A DNA stretch of 64,000 nt from Eledone cirrhosa. Lineage: Eukaryota. Positions 49,639 to 63,882 of this stretch are shown in pieces. The notes beneath the pieces are model-generated. The model worked only from the letters and a program-made list of their open reading frames with translations, was not told the DNA's origin and did no database searches. The translations under genes were made by a program, and so were the position numbers. The first letter of the stretch is position 1. Each line of letters starts with the position of its first letter. The stretch spans positions 42,594,001 to 42,658,000 of the forward strand of contig OZ024741.1 of NCBI GenBank assembly GCA_964016885.1, given 5' to 3'.

Positions 49639-52600
49639 GGGGGGGGGGCTGGTCACATTTCCAATCTTGCCAAGAGAAAGAAACACACGCATATTATAGT
49701 TTACACTTTATCTTATTATCCTATTGTTTGTTATTCATTTGTTTATCAAAGTTCTTTCATCACACAATGTGTAATCTTCTCAATGACTATCCGTTTTGTG
49801 TCTCCTCATTTTCTCAGTTTTTAAGATATACTAAAAATTAAAAACAAAAATGTTATTCGTGATAATAGATATGTTATTCTGTAATGAAGTTTTGGAGTCA
49901 GTTAACTTTGGTGATTTCCTGGGCCACATTACGGGAGGTATCTAAAAAGTCCTTTCCAACTTCATTATCCGTACTAAATGTTACGAAATATATATTATAT
50001 AAAAAGTAGTGATATTATTTGTGAGTGCTATTACCCGTCTCGAACGACTAAGCAAAAAGCAGGCAACATATATATTTGTTGAAAACTAACCTCCAGCGAT
50101 AATAGATAAGACCGCCGTCGTATCAACGGCTGAGTTTTGTTATCAGTACTGAGTTATATTTACGATCATGATATCAGATACACTGGATGACATTCCTTTG
50201 AAAATGTAACATAAAGCAGATGCGATACACAATTTGAAGTAGTTGTTGTAATTTCTAAAGTGATAAGTATTTCGCTCCACTGATGCTGTTGGCCAAGAAA
50301 AGGTAATTAGAAACCATTCCAGTACAATCTTATTTTATTGATCTATTATTTGTTTTAGCCATTGCTCTGTGCTATCGTAAGGCCACAGCATAGTCTTACT
50401 CGATTAGTCTATTGCTTTATTACATATTTGAGGCATTGGGCTGTATAATGCTGGAACAGACTCATTGACTGGAATATAACTTATATGTAATAACAATATA
50501 TAATAAATATAAGAAGGGCAGTTCATCAGTCTTGCAACATAATTAACAGAACCACGAGGTTATGAAAATGAAAATGTAAGAAATCAATTTGCTACTATCT
50601 CATTTTTCGCTGATATAAACTAAGATTCATTGAAGCCAATTGTTCCATATTAATGACGAAGTCAGTGGAAATGACACATTTTGTTGCAGCCTATTCTATA
50701 GAGAAATCAATAACAAATCAATAAAACATTCTGTCAGTAACTTTCTAAAAGAAAATTACAATCACGGATTAAAAGTAAGGTTGTATGAAAATAAAGGTTT
50801 ATTAATTTGGTCAATCTGGTAGAAGGGCGATATCAACGTGGCCAAGGAGAAATGTTAGAAAGACAGCTTAAATATAGCAGTAATGATCGACTTCTATCGG
50901 TGCTGACGATACATATTCCAGGGGCTCAAAGTTGCTTTTCTGCGTTATTTCAGCGCAAAGTTTAGTCCAGTCATGTGCAATCTTAATTATTTTAATAGGG
51001 TGGGGGATGTAAGAAAGAAGAGGGGAGAACACGGAAGAGCCGAACTCCCACTGTTATCGCCTCCATCTCTCTTGCGCCCCCCCTCTCTCTGTAATATGAG
51101 CAAATGGGGTCCCACGTGCTGGCCGCCCCCAGCCCTAGCACACAGAATGGAGAAGGTGCATGGTAAGGGAGATGCCATTCCATCTCGTGAGGCTCACACC
51201 TGCGGCTGGCCAGCTCAGCGCCGATGGTGGTAAGTAGGGAGGTAGACCTAGGGCCAAGGACACCAGAAATCTCCACTACCAAGAGTACGACCGCAAACTA
51301 CATGAATTAAACAATCACAAACGAGATATATAGTATAAAAAAATAAGCGTAAACACAGTTACTAATCTACTCTCGGGTCCTTAAAATAAGGGGTGGTGGA
51401 ATAAATATGTATGGTGGTGGAAAATCAGTAATATTTCTAGGTTGACTCCGTTGATGTTTTTAAAAACCTAGATTAATTGTTTAGTTTACATATTGAGACC
51501 ACAAACCATCCTCTTTATTTTATAACAGATGGGATTTATATTAATATACTTTTTTTGTCATTTATACTGTTTTTTAATGTCTAAAGAAAATTAAATTTCG
51601 CCGGAGATAAATTAGCAAAATTTCATAAGCGGTGTGGGAGTGGGGTTTGAAACAAGTACGGTAGGGGGAGGGATCTGAAAAATATATAAGCGGAGGGTGG
51701 ACGATTAATCGATACCTGAAAGTAGTCATCTTCCGAAAGGGAGATAACTTACTGTGTTGTTAGGAGAATAGATACTTAGCAAATGACACCATGACGAACT
51801 TGTGAGGTTGGGCGGCTGATATACTGTCAACACCACTTGTTTTGTGATAAAGCCATGTCGCCATGCCTGCAATACTCACACACACACGTACACATATACA
51901 TACACTTAAGACTCGCACCCGTATACAGAGACACACACACACATATATATATATTTTATTCTCATTCACACTTCCCCAGACACACCCAAATTCCCTATAT
52001 ATACAGCAACACATTGCAACCTTAGATCAGTTTGACAATCGCCACCGACGAATGCGAGAAAGTTCTCCACAAAGTTAACCAGGATTTCAAAGAAAACATT
52101 TCCACCGAAGTTCCAGGATTTGCAATTGAGAAGTTGTGAGTTCGATTCTCGGATCCGCTGATGCGTTCCAGTTAACTCAGCTGTAGAAATGAGTTGCGAT
52201 GTAGCGTGGTGAGGGGAGTCTGCTATGTATGAGAGGGTGCTGGTCTTCCACAAACAAACCTCGACTAGGCTTATGACTCGGAGGAAAACTTTCTAGGCGC
52301 AAAACCAAGGTCATTAGTGACCGATGGAGCCCATTTTAATGCCCCCCCCCCCACATATGAAATCAGGGTTAACCACAGTAAATAAGGTACTCGATGCATA
52401 AGTAGAGTGAGAACAACGAAATATAATATTAAAATGCCCCCTATGGGACTAGAACTGTTTCATTCGTATGAAATCGATGTGAAACTTAAAATAAATGTGT
52501 AAAATTTTGTAATATTTCCCTTGTACGCAGAAAAACATAAGGCATTGCCTTTACATGTTTCATGGTTGAATTGCTGATAATCGGCAAACAAGATCTATTA

Positions 52601-52932
52601 TTCTTGTACATGGTGAGAACTATAGTATTACACTTATGTACATTCTAATTTGCAAAATGTCCATTCTTTTAACCATAATATAACAGTGATTCATTGATGC
52701 CATTAATTTATTTGTTAGGTATATACTTTAGTATTTGTCATCTCTCCCTCTCGTCCTATTCCTCATATTAATTGATATTGTTTAATCATGCTCGGTGTAC
52801 CTTATTACAACTTAGTCATGAATGCCTCAGTGTGAGTGTGTGTCTGTGAAACATATATATATATATATACACCAGATCCGAACAGAAAGGAACCAAACTC
52901 CCACTGTCACTGTCTCCGTCTATCCCGCTCTC

Positions 52933-53054
<122 letters not shown>

Positions 53055-54366
53055 TGGGGTAGAACTGAATTTATCCGGGTGTATTACTGGAAAGTTTGTT
53101 TACAATAGTTGCAGGAAGACGAAATTAAATGTAGAAAGACAAAATTAATTTTCTTAACTTCTTCATCTGACGCTCTGTTAAATTGTGGTTTGAAACAATC
53201 CCGATAATTACAAATGCCTTTATAATTAAATTTTCTTTGCAATTAGAAATCCCAAGAAAAGAAGTATTTTTTAAAATAAAAAAGTTAATTCCCCGAAAAG
53301 GATTATAATTTACCTGCCTTCACTCAATAATAAAAAGAAAAAAAATGAAAAGAAAAAGGAATAAAATGAAGACATCATCAAAATTAATTTCCTGGATATT
53401 GATATTTCAAATAGCTTATTATTTCAAACTAAATAGAATGATGATGTTTGCCATATTCCACACATGTTTCACAATTATTTTTCAAATTCTTAATGAAAAC
53501 TGAAACAAATAGTAAATAAATATATTGAATAAAATAAAATTGGTATAGGTTTTAATGAAATTATGAAGATTTCTCCCTCAAACTATTTTCACTTTCATAA
53601 AGTTGAAAGCACGAGATTAACAAGATAATAATTTCACATTTAAGAAATATGTGGTTTTCTGCATGTAAAAGCAGACGAGTTGATTTAATGCATTTCTTGT
53701 GACAAACATTGTTAAACCTCCTGTCAATAAGTATTTGGTTCAAATCTCTTTTAAAGAAATTTAAAGTGTCCATGACACACCATATAGCAACACAGTAACC
53801 CTACCACTCTATAATGAGATACGGATCCATACATACATTGCATAATTAAAATAATTACCAGTTTATCTAAAAATCTCTAACAACAAATTCTCTTGAAGCT
53901 AAAACATGTACTAAAATACAAATAATATTTTTAGTTGGCTGCATTCAATGTGAAATCCAACATCTGTAATCTAATCACGAACGAATGTTGAATGATGGAT
54001 TCTATATTTTATAAAGGTTCGTGGCGTGTCGTGGCTATCTGGTTAAGAGGTTCACTTCACAACCATACAGTTCAGGATTCGGTCCCACTTTTCATATTGG
54101 CCAGTATCATGTAAAAGTAAGTGACAGAAATTTACGGGATGGAAACTGTACTGAACGTTAACGCCCCCCGCCTCTCTCTGTCTCTCTAAATATATATATA
54201 TACATATATATATATACACTATTTTCCGTTGTGTTGTAATATAAATATTACACACAGTAGATTGACAGCTCACGTAGAGTTTGCTCGACGATTCCAGTTG
54301 TAGTTCCAAAAGTAATCCGGAGAAAAATAGAAAGATTTGAATGGATACAGTTTAGTTGAAAGGAAT

Positions 54367-54487
54367 TTATTGACACGTGTTTCTATAACAGTTACATAAC
54401 CTGAAAACAGCTGCTATCTACAAAGTTTTAGTTATGCAGACATTCAATATTTCAATGTTATTATTTACTGTCATTTCATCAGAATAA
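54367..54487 (-). ncRNA. Type I hammerhead ribozyme with extended stem II
   Basis: Minus strand: ttatt-CTGATGA-a-atgacagt...actgttat-a-GAAA-cacgtg-TC-aataa. Confidence 0.85.
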
Positions 54488-55049
54488 TATTACTGAGAAC
54501 CTATTTGGTTTTTATAGAGAATATTAGGAGGGAGGGGTGAAGTTGTTAGAAGAATAGTTGAGGGAGTGGTTTTTTGATAGCAGTGAGAATTTTTGGTGGC
54601 AGTGAGTAATTAGATTCCCATATGTTGTTTTGACATTTTTATAGAATATATTATTGGTTATTTTTCTAAATCTATAGAAGGATTAGAGATAGTAAAGACA
54701 TGCGTGGTTGGTTTTGTGTTTGCACTTAATTAACATTCAGACTTAAATTTTTCTTTCAAGTGTACGTATCCTTTCACCCACGCATTCACTCACAAATATA
54801 TTTGCACACCTCTACAAAATACATATACTCACATTCACATAGTAACATGTTCATACTTACATACATATACACATGCATACATATATATATACACACATGT
54901 ATTCATGTACATACATACGCGTTCATGTGTATACATTTTCATACTCAACTTATCTTTATATACACACGTATAGACACACATATATACATACATACTCTAG
55001 TCTATGTGTACATATATACATATACATACACATCTATATATATATATAT

Positions 55050-55096
<47 letters not shown>

Positions 55097-55364
55097 CACT
55101 TTAATACATGAATACACTTACATCTAACTATACACATCAAACATATATATATATTTACTTATTTATATACATTTTCACATATATATACATACTTATGGAC
55201 GTTTTTAGACACATTCTTTATCGCATATTTGCACCTATTCTTATCAGCATATTTTTCCATTATTAGTGTGGTAATTTAAGGTTATTAATATATGTTGAGA
55301 AGAGATTGTTTTTATATTTTTCTAACTAGATTGAGGTTTATATAGTTGGGGGGATGTCCCTCTT

Positions 55365-57194
55365 TTATGTAATATTCGGCTTGTAGTGGGAAAAAAGGGT
55401 TTTAGTTCTGTGACGGCAGAATAATGTTCGTTCAATTCTGTTATTCAGCAATTTCTTCGTGTGTGTGATTATGTAATAAATCTCAAGATTACACAATTTG
55501 CAGAAATTTTGGCTCCTGGAAAAGCTTTGGGTTTTAGCTAATTTCTCCCATTTTAGGGTAAACTTTTGATCGCTATCCCTGAGCGTCCAAGCTTTTTCTG
55601 CTAAAGTTGTTACATTTCTTTGGCTCTGGTGTTTTATTGAGTAAGAATGCCTATATAATCGAGATTTAAACGATGTTGCCGTTGATCCCACGTAATACCA
55701 CTCGTTGCCTCCGGATTTAATGGTACACTTATAAATAACATTTTTTTCCAGGCAGTTATTGCCGAGGGGGCAGTTGTCAGGATAGGTGCAGTTACAGTTG
55801 TGTACGTTGGGTTTTCTCTGGAGTAGTATTGCGGACGAACTTAGGTGTGGTTTATTTATGTTCTGTAGAGTATTGTCTACTGTTTTTTTTGTGTTCTTTG
55901 TACTTAAGTTCTTAGTGTTTTCGTTTAACCTTCTAGTATTGATCTTTTTTATGTGTTGTTCAAGGTTTAACGCTGTAGAGTATGACAGTCTTATAGTGGT
56001 AGGGTTTAGGATTTTGTGGTATTTGTGTGATGTAGGAAAATGTCTCTTAATTATTTTAAAGAAGAGTACTGGTAAATTTGTACTAATGGAACTATTGTAT
56101 TCGGGGTTATACCATAAGTACTCTTTGCATCGCTTTCTATTAGTTTTGTTTGTTGGTTTACTGGTGTGCATACTATGGTAGTAAGTGTGGTTTGGTGTTG
56201 TGTTATTATATCTACCTATGTGGGATTTATTTTGGGTGTTTTGATTGTTCCCATCTATATACTCTATTTTGTTGAGGTAGCCTGCTTTACTAAGGGCGTT
56301 ATCGTAGTACTCGGCGTGTTTCTTAAATACTTGTATGTTAGAAGATAGACCCGAGATTCTAAGGGAAATATTTTTAGGGATAGATTTAATTATAGAGATG
56401 GGGTGGTTAGACCCAACATTTACGTATTTGAGATTTTCATTCAATTTATGAAACGGTTTAATCAAACCAGAGTTTAAATTGAGTGTGACATCCAGGAAGT
56501 TAACTACTTTAAGGTTGTATTCATATGTTATAGTTAGTCCTATTTCGAGTAGTAGTTTTCTTATATCTTTGCGTAGTTTTTCTAGTTTTTGGTTATTTAG
56601 GTTTTTAACTAGGAGGAGAACATCGTCGCGGTATATTCCGCCGTGGAGATTGCTGAATTTTTCCTGGAGTCTAAAGGCGATAAATAACCCCACAATATCA
56701 GTTATTTCCGCCGAATCGTTAGAGCCCATTGTTATGTCAAAGTTAGAGGGTCTATCTTTACGTACCCAATAACTGTTCTCAAATTTGACTATAGTTTTCC
56801 TAGCTTCTAATATAATCTTAATTTCATCGTTTGTAAGGTCAGAGTTATCCTTAGCAAACTCAATGGCTCTATTCAAAGTTTCAGGTGATATCGATGAGTA
56901 ATATTCATCGATATCAAACTGGATAAACTTAGATTTATTCTTATTGCTAATGCTATTAAACCATCTTATTGCTTCTTGGGTCTTCCCCCAGAGTTTAATG
57001 TTAACCTTAGCCTTAATTTGGGGGATGATTCTATCTAAGATATATTTGCTTATTTTACCTATATCTGATTTAGACGGGCAGATTAATCTAATTTTAGGGT
57101 CATTATCAAAGTTTACCTTATGGTCCTTAAGATTGAAGGTGGGTACCGCCGGTAAGAGTGGTCCTGTCCTATCTTCGATTCCGAGATTTTTCAC
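55365..57194 (-). CDS. PLE (Naiad-type) RT plus GIY-YIG endonuclease, N-terminally truncated
   Basis: KDHK, RLICP, FDI..YYSSI, MGSNDSAE, IYRDD, NFLDV, SNHP, CNC-x5-CP-x4-C, VIY..YVG, CKLC, CRH; the frame stays open upstream to ~57310. Confidence 0.9.
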   Translation of the reverse strand: MKNLGIEDRTGPLLPAVPTFNLKDHKVNFDNDPKIRLICPSKSDIGKISKYILDRIIPQIKAKVNIKLWGKTQEAIRWFNSISNKNKSKFIQFDIDEYYSSISPETLNRAIEFAKDNSDLTNDEIKIILEARKTIVKFENSYWVRKDRPSNFDITMGSNDSAEITDIVGLFIAFRLQEKFSNLHGGIYRDDVLLLVKNLNNQKLEKLRKDIRKLLLEIGLTITYEYNLKVVNFLDVTLNLNSGLIKPFHKLNENLKYVNVGSNHPISIIKSIPKNISLRISGLSSNIQVFKKHAEYYDNALSKAGYLNKIEYIDGNNQNTQNKSHIGRYNNTTPNHTYYHSMHTSKPTNKTNRKRCKEYLWYNPEYNSSISTNLPVLFFKIIKRHFPTSHKYHKILNPTTIRLSYSTALNLEQHIKKINTRRLNENTKNLSTKNTKKTVDNTLQNINKPHLSSSAILLQRKPNVHNCNCTYPDNCPLGNNCLEKNVIYKCTIKSGGNEWYYVGSTATSFKSRLYRHSYSIKHQSQRNVTTLAEKAWTLRDSDQKFTLKWEKLAKTQSFSRSQNFCKLCNLEIYYIITHTKKLLNNRIERTLFCRHRTKTLFSHYKPNIT

Positions 57195-57374
57195 TATTTC
57201 GCATGCCTCATCATTGATGTGCTTAAGGGTTACTTCATTCGTTTTTCTATATTTTTTATGTAATTCTTTTCGAATGAAGTTGTTGTATGTAGTGCATACA
57301 AATGGCCGGTCTTATATACACGCACACCACATATATATATATATATATATGTGGTGTGCGTGTATATAAGACCG

Positions 57375-59528
57375 GCCACAAGTACCATAGCCTTATCAAT
57401 AAAAATACAATTAAATATCGTACTCCACAACACCTAACATAGCATACCATATAGCTAGTAGCAATAAAAGGAAGATTAACAATTATTTCCAACTAATTAA
57501 AACACAACAGGAGGTAAACCTAGTAACTGTAAACAATAGTAGTAATAATAATAATAATGATAATAGCACTAATGAAATCAATAACAATACGAATGATAGA
57601 CATCATTACCCTAGTGCTATCCCTAACAACCAAAATTCTTCACAACATAGGAACCGGCAAGCTAACACCCAGAATAAATGTAACTGTAGAACTAATAGAA
57701 CTTGCCCCTTAGGTAATAATTGTTTAACCAAAGACATCATCTACTCATGCACCGTCAACGCAAAAAACTCTTCTAAAACATATATAGGTTCTACTTCGAA
57801 CAACTTCAAGATGAGATACAACTCGCACCTCAACTCTTTCAAAAAACACAATCTAGCCAGCTCCACTTCTTTATCTAGCTACGTACACTCTCTGAAAACT
57901 AGGAATAGACCATTTACACTGCAATGGGAAGTAGTAGGTAGGGCCACATCGTATAAACCACCGAATACATTGTGTAATCTCTGCCTTCTGGAGACCCATA
58001 CTATAATCTTTTCGAAACTAGACCTCCTTAATAGAAAGTCAGAGACATTTTCCTCGTGCCAACACCGGCACCGGCACTCGTTTAATAACTTTAAACCTAA
58101 CTGTGTAGTATACAACAATGTCAAATTTGAATTCCCCACCACCATTAACACTAGACATCTAGGACTTAGCAGCACCCACAACCACAAACCCTTCGACTAA
58201 CTCTTTCCTCTACACAACTCCTATTCATCTATAACCTTATACTCTACAATAACAATTAGAATTAGACATAGATTTACCACCTTTTGATATAACTACAATA
58301 GATTAATTATTTCATATACAGTAATGGATATTTGGTACTTGGTATGTATAGACATTTAATGTAATATGTGATAATAAACTATATATGTATTTATAATTGT
58401 ATAATTAAATACTTAAATTACACAACATAATAATAATAAAGTAATTAAATATAAAATGTAATAGCATTGAATATTAGGGATTAACTTTCAAAACAATAAT
58501 GTATATTATTACACATATGGCATATCTATTTTGATATATTAACAGCTATACAATCCTTCATAACATATACCTTGCCCAGTAATGAATAGATAACAATCTA
58601 AAGAGACCTTTAATGTATGATAATAAAATACACTGTATTTAAATCAGGTATAAATATACAGTGGTATGTAACAGAGATCCAATGGTACCACATTATAATG
58701 TGTATTAGAACAAATCATTTTAATAACTGAATTGAACTTAATTAGCTAGTTACCTCCCCTTACGCATTACCTCCCCTTATTCACTTCCGGAAATTAACGA
58801 TTGGAAAATTTAACGGTTGATCAAATATAGTCTATGAATATGAGTACATTAAGACTAATTTACAATCCATTGCTCTAACTAACTTAAAACATTCAATATA
58901 AACATTAACTAAAACTTAATTCAACATATGTCATGGAAAAGTCTGCAGAAACTGTATGTTTCTCAACACACAAATTCGAACACTATCAGCATACAGCACC
59001 CACCATAGATTCTAATACATTAACATATTTGCTTAAAATGCAGTATTTATTAAACTATTTATGCATAATAGCTTTGCTTGTCTCCTTCTCATGTATATGA
59101 CTAACGCAGTTGGACTCTCCACACGCCTGCATATGAATTGTTAATGTACTCTTCCTTTCTAAAAACTACGTTCTCAATGCCTCTCTAATGATTGAACTAT
59201 TTTCTTGTTTTATCTGTTGTATGTATTCCACTCCGTGCTTTTAATTTTAATTTAATTTTAATCTTAATTTTAATTTGAATTTGACCTTGATGGTTTTGTA
59301 CAATTATTGTACAATTCTCGTAAAATATATGTCACATCCATTCCACCCTGTAAATACGAAACTGCTACTCACAACATCAATTTATATGTATCTATATTAT
59401 TGTTCAGTTGAATAGGAGATTAATTATATGTGCAAACATTGATAATGCTCCGATGACTTCAAACGTGAGTTTAGAAGAAACGATTGTCAGCTACTAAATG
59501 ATTTGAACACAACTTTGATAAATGTATA

Positions 59529-59530
<2 letters not shown>
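57375..59530 (+). mobile_element. Second Naiad-type PLE 3' fragment (linker, GIY-YIG, pLTR with HHR 59447-59491)
   Basis: HKYHSLINKNTIK, CNCRTNRTCPLGNNC, IIY..YIGST, CNLC..E, CQHRH; gct-CCGATGA-stem II-GAAA-cgattg-TC-agc. Confidence 0.85.
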
Positions 59531-59607
<77 letters not shown>

Positions 59608-59614
59608 CATATAT

Positions 59615-59661
<47 letters not shown>

Positions 59662-59861
59662 CACGGACACACACACACCACACACGCACCCACAAAAAAA
59701 ATCGCGCAAAACACACACACATACGCACATATACACTTATACATATATATGTACATATATATATATATTGATAGATAGATAAATAGAGAGATAGAGAGTG
59801 AGAGAGAGAGGAATAGAGAGGGTGTGTGTGTGTGTGTGTGTGTGAGAGAAAGAAAGGGAGG

Positions 59862-59945
<84 letters not shown>

Positions 59946-60314
59946 CATCTAAAACATATTTGTCAAAAATACATTAATCTTAACCAGAAGTATATTGACT
60001 GAAAGACATCTTGATCGAAAAATATATTAATTGAGATCAAATATATCGAAAGATGTGTTCATAGAAACGTATTTGTGGAAAAACATATTCATCTAAAAAA
60101 ATATTTTTAGAAAAAGACATTCGTAAGAAAGTAAAGATATATAATATATACCGAGATTTAATATTGATAATTTTTTAAAAACCTCTTATAATTGCCAAAT
60201 GATAGAGAGATATTTTTTTAATGAAATATTTTCACTTTGTTTTCCGTCCATCGGTGTTTTTATAAACTAAAATATGTAAATAGAAATATATCAGAATATA
60301 TTTTCGACACGTGT

Positions 60315-60409
<95 letters not shown>

Positions 60410-60411
<2 letters not shown>

Positions 60412-62400
60412 ACTATACATAATCCAAAATCTCGTTGAAAAGTTTCCTGCGTTCGGAGGTGGTTTGTACAGAGATGACGGGCTTGTTACTCTCACAGGGT
60501 ATAACCCCAGTAGCACGGACCGGGGCCGTAAACACTTCATCAGATTGTTCCGAGATTTGGGTTTCCGAGATTTCGGGATGTAACACTCAATCTGGAGAAC
60601 AATTTATACTACCCCTACAGGAAACAACCAAACGAGAATTTACATTATATCCACCGCTATTCCAACCATCCAAGGAACATTACCAATAATTCTGTAAACA
60701 AATATTTCCCTCCGCAACAACACTTGGGCAGATCTACAATGAACACGCGCATTACTACAACCTGGTTCTTAAAAGAAGCGGCTTCAGGGAGGACATTTCC
60801 TATTATCCAGGCCCTACTGGCTGATCCAGATGTCCACGCCGCCGCTCACGCCACGTAACGTAGTTCAACCCTCCGCACAATGCTGAGGTCGTAACACCAA
60901 TTGGGAATGTTTTCTTCAGATGTCTCGATGAACACTTCCCACCCCAACACTGCTACCACAATATCATCAATAGAAACACTGTTAAACTTTCCTACAGCAC
61001 TACATCCAACTTTGCACAAAACATCGCTTCATCTAACAATATTAAACTCCTCTCTAACAGAAACAATAACGATATTAGCGGTGAGAAAATTAAGAGTTTC
61101 AACTGTCTGGATAGATCATCGTGCCCCCTCAAGAACAGATGCCGAGAACGAAACGTAGTCTACCAGGGCAACGTGAGGACGGATCATTACAAGACCTACA
61201 TCGGATTAACCGCCTGCGAATTTAAGAGCCGGTACTCCCAACACCAACATTCATTTAAAAGCCCGTCCCGCCGACATGCTACAGTACTTTCTGGCCATAG
61301 TTGCGACCTCCAAGACAACATATTACCTACCATCTAACATGGAGCCTACTTTCCAAGGCAAAATCTTATTCGGGGGGACGCCATCCGTGCAATTTATGCT
61401 CGGAGGAAACGATCCAGATGCTGTTTGCAAAGGACCAATTGTTAATAAAAAAGGATGAACTCGTTAGCTCGTGTTAACACAGAATATATAAGACATATCT
61501 TCTCTTAAAACCCCCTCATGACCCAGGTGGGTAGATATTGGCTTTAATATCCTACCCGCTTACACACTATGATAGAGGAAATCCCAGCATCCCTAGGTAG
61601 AAATAGAATATTTTCTTTATTGTTACACTTCCTAAACATCCTTAGGCAGAACTATGTATATTTTCCTCATTGAAAACACTTCCTAAACTTCCTTAGGTAG
61701 AAATAGACCGTTTTCCATTTTTGCTAAAATATATATATTGCCCTATGGAACCGGCCGAACAGATAGTTATGATACTTTACTAGACATATTACTCATAGTT
61801 TAAGCACGATGCACAAACTTACTCGTAGCCATTACCGGACCGCCGCTATGGTAGGCATGGTATATAGAGTTAACGTGTACTGGCATATAAACTTATATTA
61901 TGCCAGTGTGTAAGCACCATCACAAGCTATAGCGTCAGAATTGTTAAAGAAAGCTATTAGCTAATCTTCAATTCAATTATGTTCTCTTGCCAATGTTTGG
62001 CGATGGCTTTGATATACACGTTAAATTGACACTTTGAGGCACTTTGAGGAATTTACTTTACTATAGAACCTTAGCTAAATTACAACAGTACGAGAAAGGA
62101 AATATTTAGTACTATCGTTAAGATTAAGCGTAAATTTATAGGTGTTTGAAAATTAGTAAAATGAAAAAAATAGTAATTTAGTGAATGAGGCGCTCTTCCC
62201 GGGCCATAGTGCAATTGATAACAAGATTTCTCTCTGATGAGGAGAAAGAGTAATAGATTATAAATGCTTAGCTTTTTAGAAAAGTGTAAGGATAAAGAAA
62301 AGTAACAAATACATGGATACTGTTTGACATATATACGCCGAAATTATTCTTTCTCTCGTTGGGTGTTTTCACTCTTGAATTGAATTTTAGCACAATAACA
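60410..62400 (+). pseudogene. Third, decayed Naiad-type PLE starting directly after (TA)n
   Basis: [38 protein letters not shown]; many frameshifts; 3' boundary approximate. Confidence 0.8.
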
Positions 62401-62825
62401 TTTCTACAGACTGGAAATAGTTGATAAGGATAAAATCTCTTTTAATAGCGTGTGTATGCACCTGACTGGCTTGGTACTTTCAGGTCAGTTAGTCTACTAA
62501 CTCTTTCTTCTTGCATCTTGGCCTCTCTAGCCCCTCGCCGCCAAGAATGTAATAAATAAAATACACGACATTTAGCAGGACTAAACCATCCATCTGACCT
62601 AAGGTACCCCACTCCCCAGATCTCTGACCACACTCAGAGAAAAAACACAAAACAAACAACAAAGTTTAAACAACATTTGCTTCGACTGTACGCCCATATG
62701 GACTGTACCCCATGATAAGTTCAACTAGATTCCCGCCGTTCGAATAATGGCGCTTTATTTCGGATCTAGCCTTCGAAACGGTTGGATCTCAGCTGTCGGG
62801 GTCCTGAATCTTTTCATATATATAT

Positions 62826-63342
<517 letters not shown>

Positions 63343-63354
63343 CACATATATAAT

Positions 63355-63806
63355 TCTTGTATGCTTGTGAGTCTTAGACAATAACAGCAGATATGGAAAG
63401 GAGAATCCAGGTCATGGAGATGGGATGCTTCAGAAAGCTCCTTGGCATCCCCAACCGCATCTCCAATGAGGAGGTGCGAAACAAAATTTGCCAAGCTATA
63501 GGGTCCTACGATGTCCTGCTGACCATTGTAAAAAAATTCAAATTGAGATAGTACGGGCACGAGACAAGATCTTCAGGGTTTGCTAAAACTGTCCTGCAGG
63601 GAACAGTACAAGGAGTGAAGAAGAGAGGCAGACAGAAAAATAGATGGGAGGACAAGATGCCGGAATGGGCCGGCATGAGCCTGGGTGCAACAATAAGGAA
63701 GGAGATGCGCTAGAGGAACTGAAGGAGTTGGTTGACAAGTCATCTAAGGTGCCCCAACAATCCACCAGACTACGGGAGAGATGATATGATATGATATAAT
63801 ATGATA

Positions 63807-63812
<6 letters not shown>
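63355..63812 (+). mobile_element. RTE-clade LINE 3' fragment with (ATATG)n tail
   Basis: MEMGCFRKLLGI..ISNEEVR..LR*YGH.TRS..KTVLQGTVQG..KRGRQ..RW. Confidence 0.85.

Positions 63813-63881
<69 letters not shown>

Positions 63882-63882
<1 letters not shown>

Larger units (their letters stand above)
54216..57331 (-). mobile_element. 5'-truncated Naiad-type Penelope-like element with pLTR HHR, (TA)n at both ends
   Basis: RT plus GIY-YIG ORF, ~1.1 kb 3' region, HHR at 54367-54487. Confidence 0.85.

Noticed and set aside
50985-51300. GC-rich island as a possible exon
   Set aside because: No recognisable protein; part of it resembles 52880-52945, so it is more likely an unclassified repeat
55365-61500. 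Selenocysteine recoding, as reported for some Naiads
   Set aside because: The long ORF has no in-frame TGA, and the conserved Cys positions I checked use TGT/TGC; stops in the decayed copies come with frameshifts
62225-62360. HHR for the third Naiad (CTGATGA at ~62235)
   Set aside because: No convincing stem I or stem III partner found
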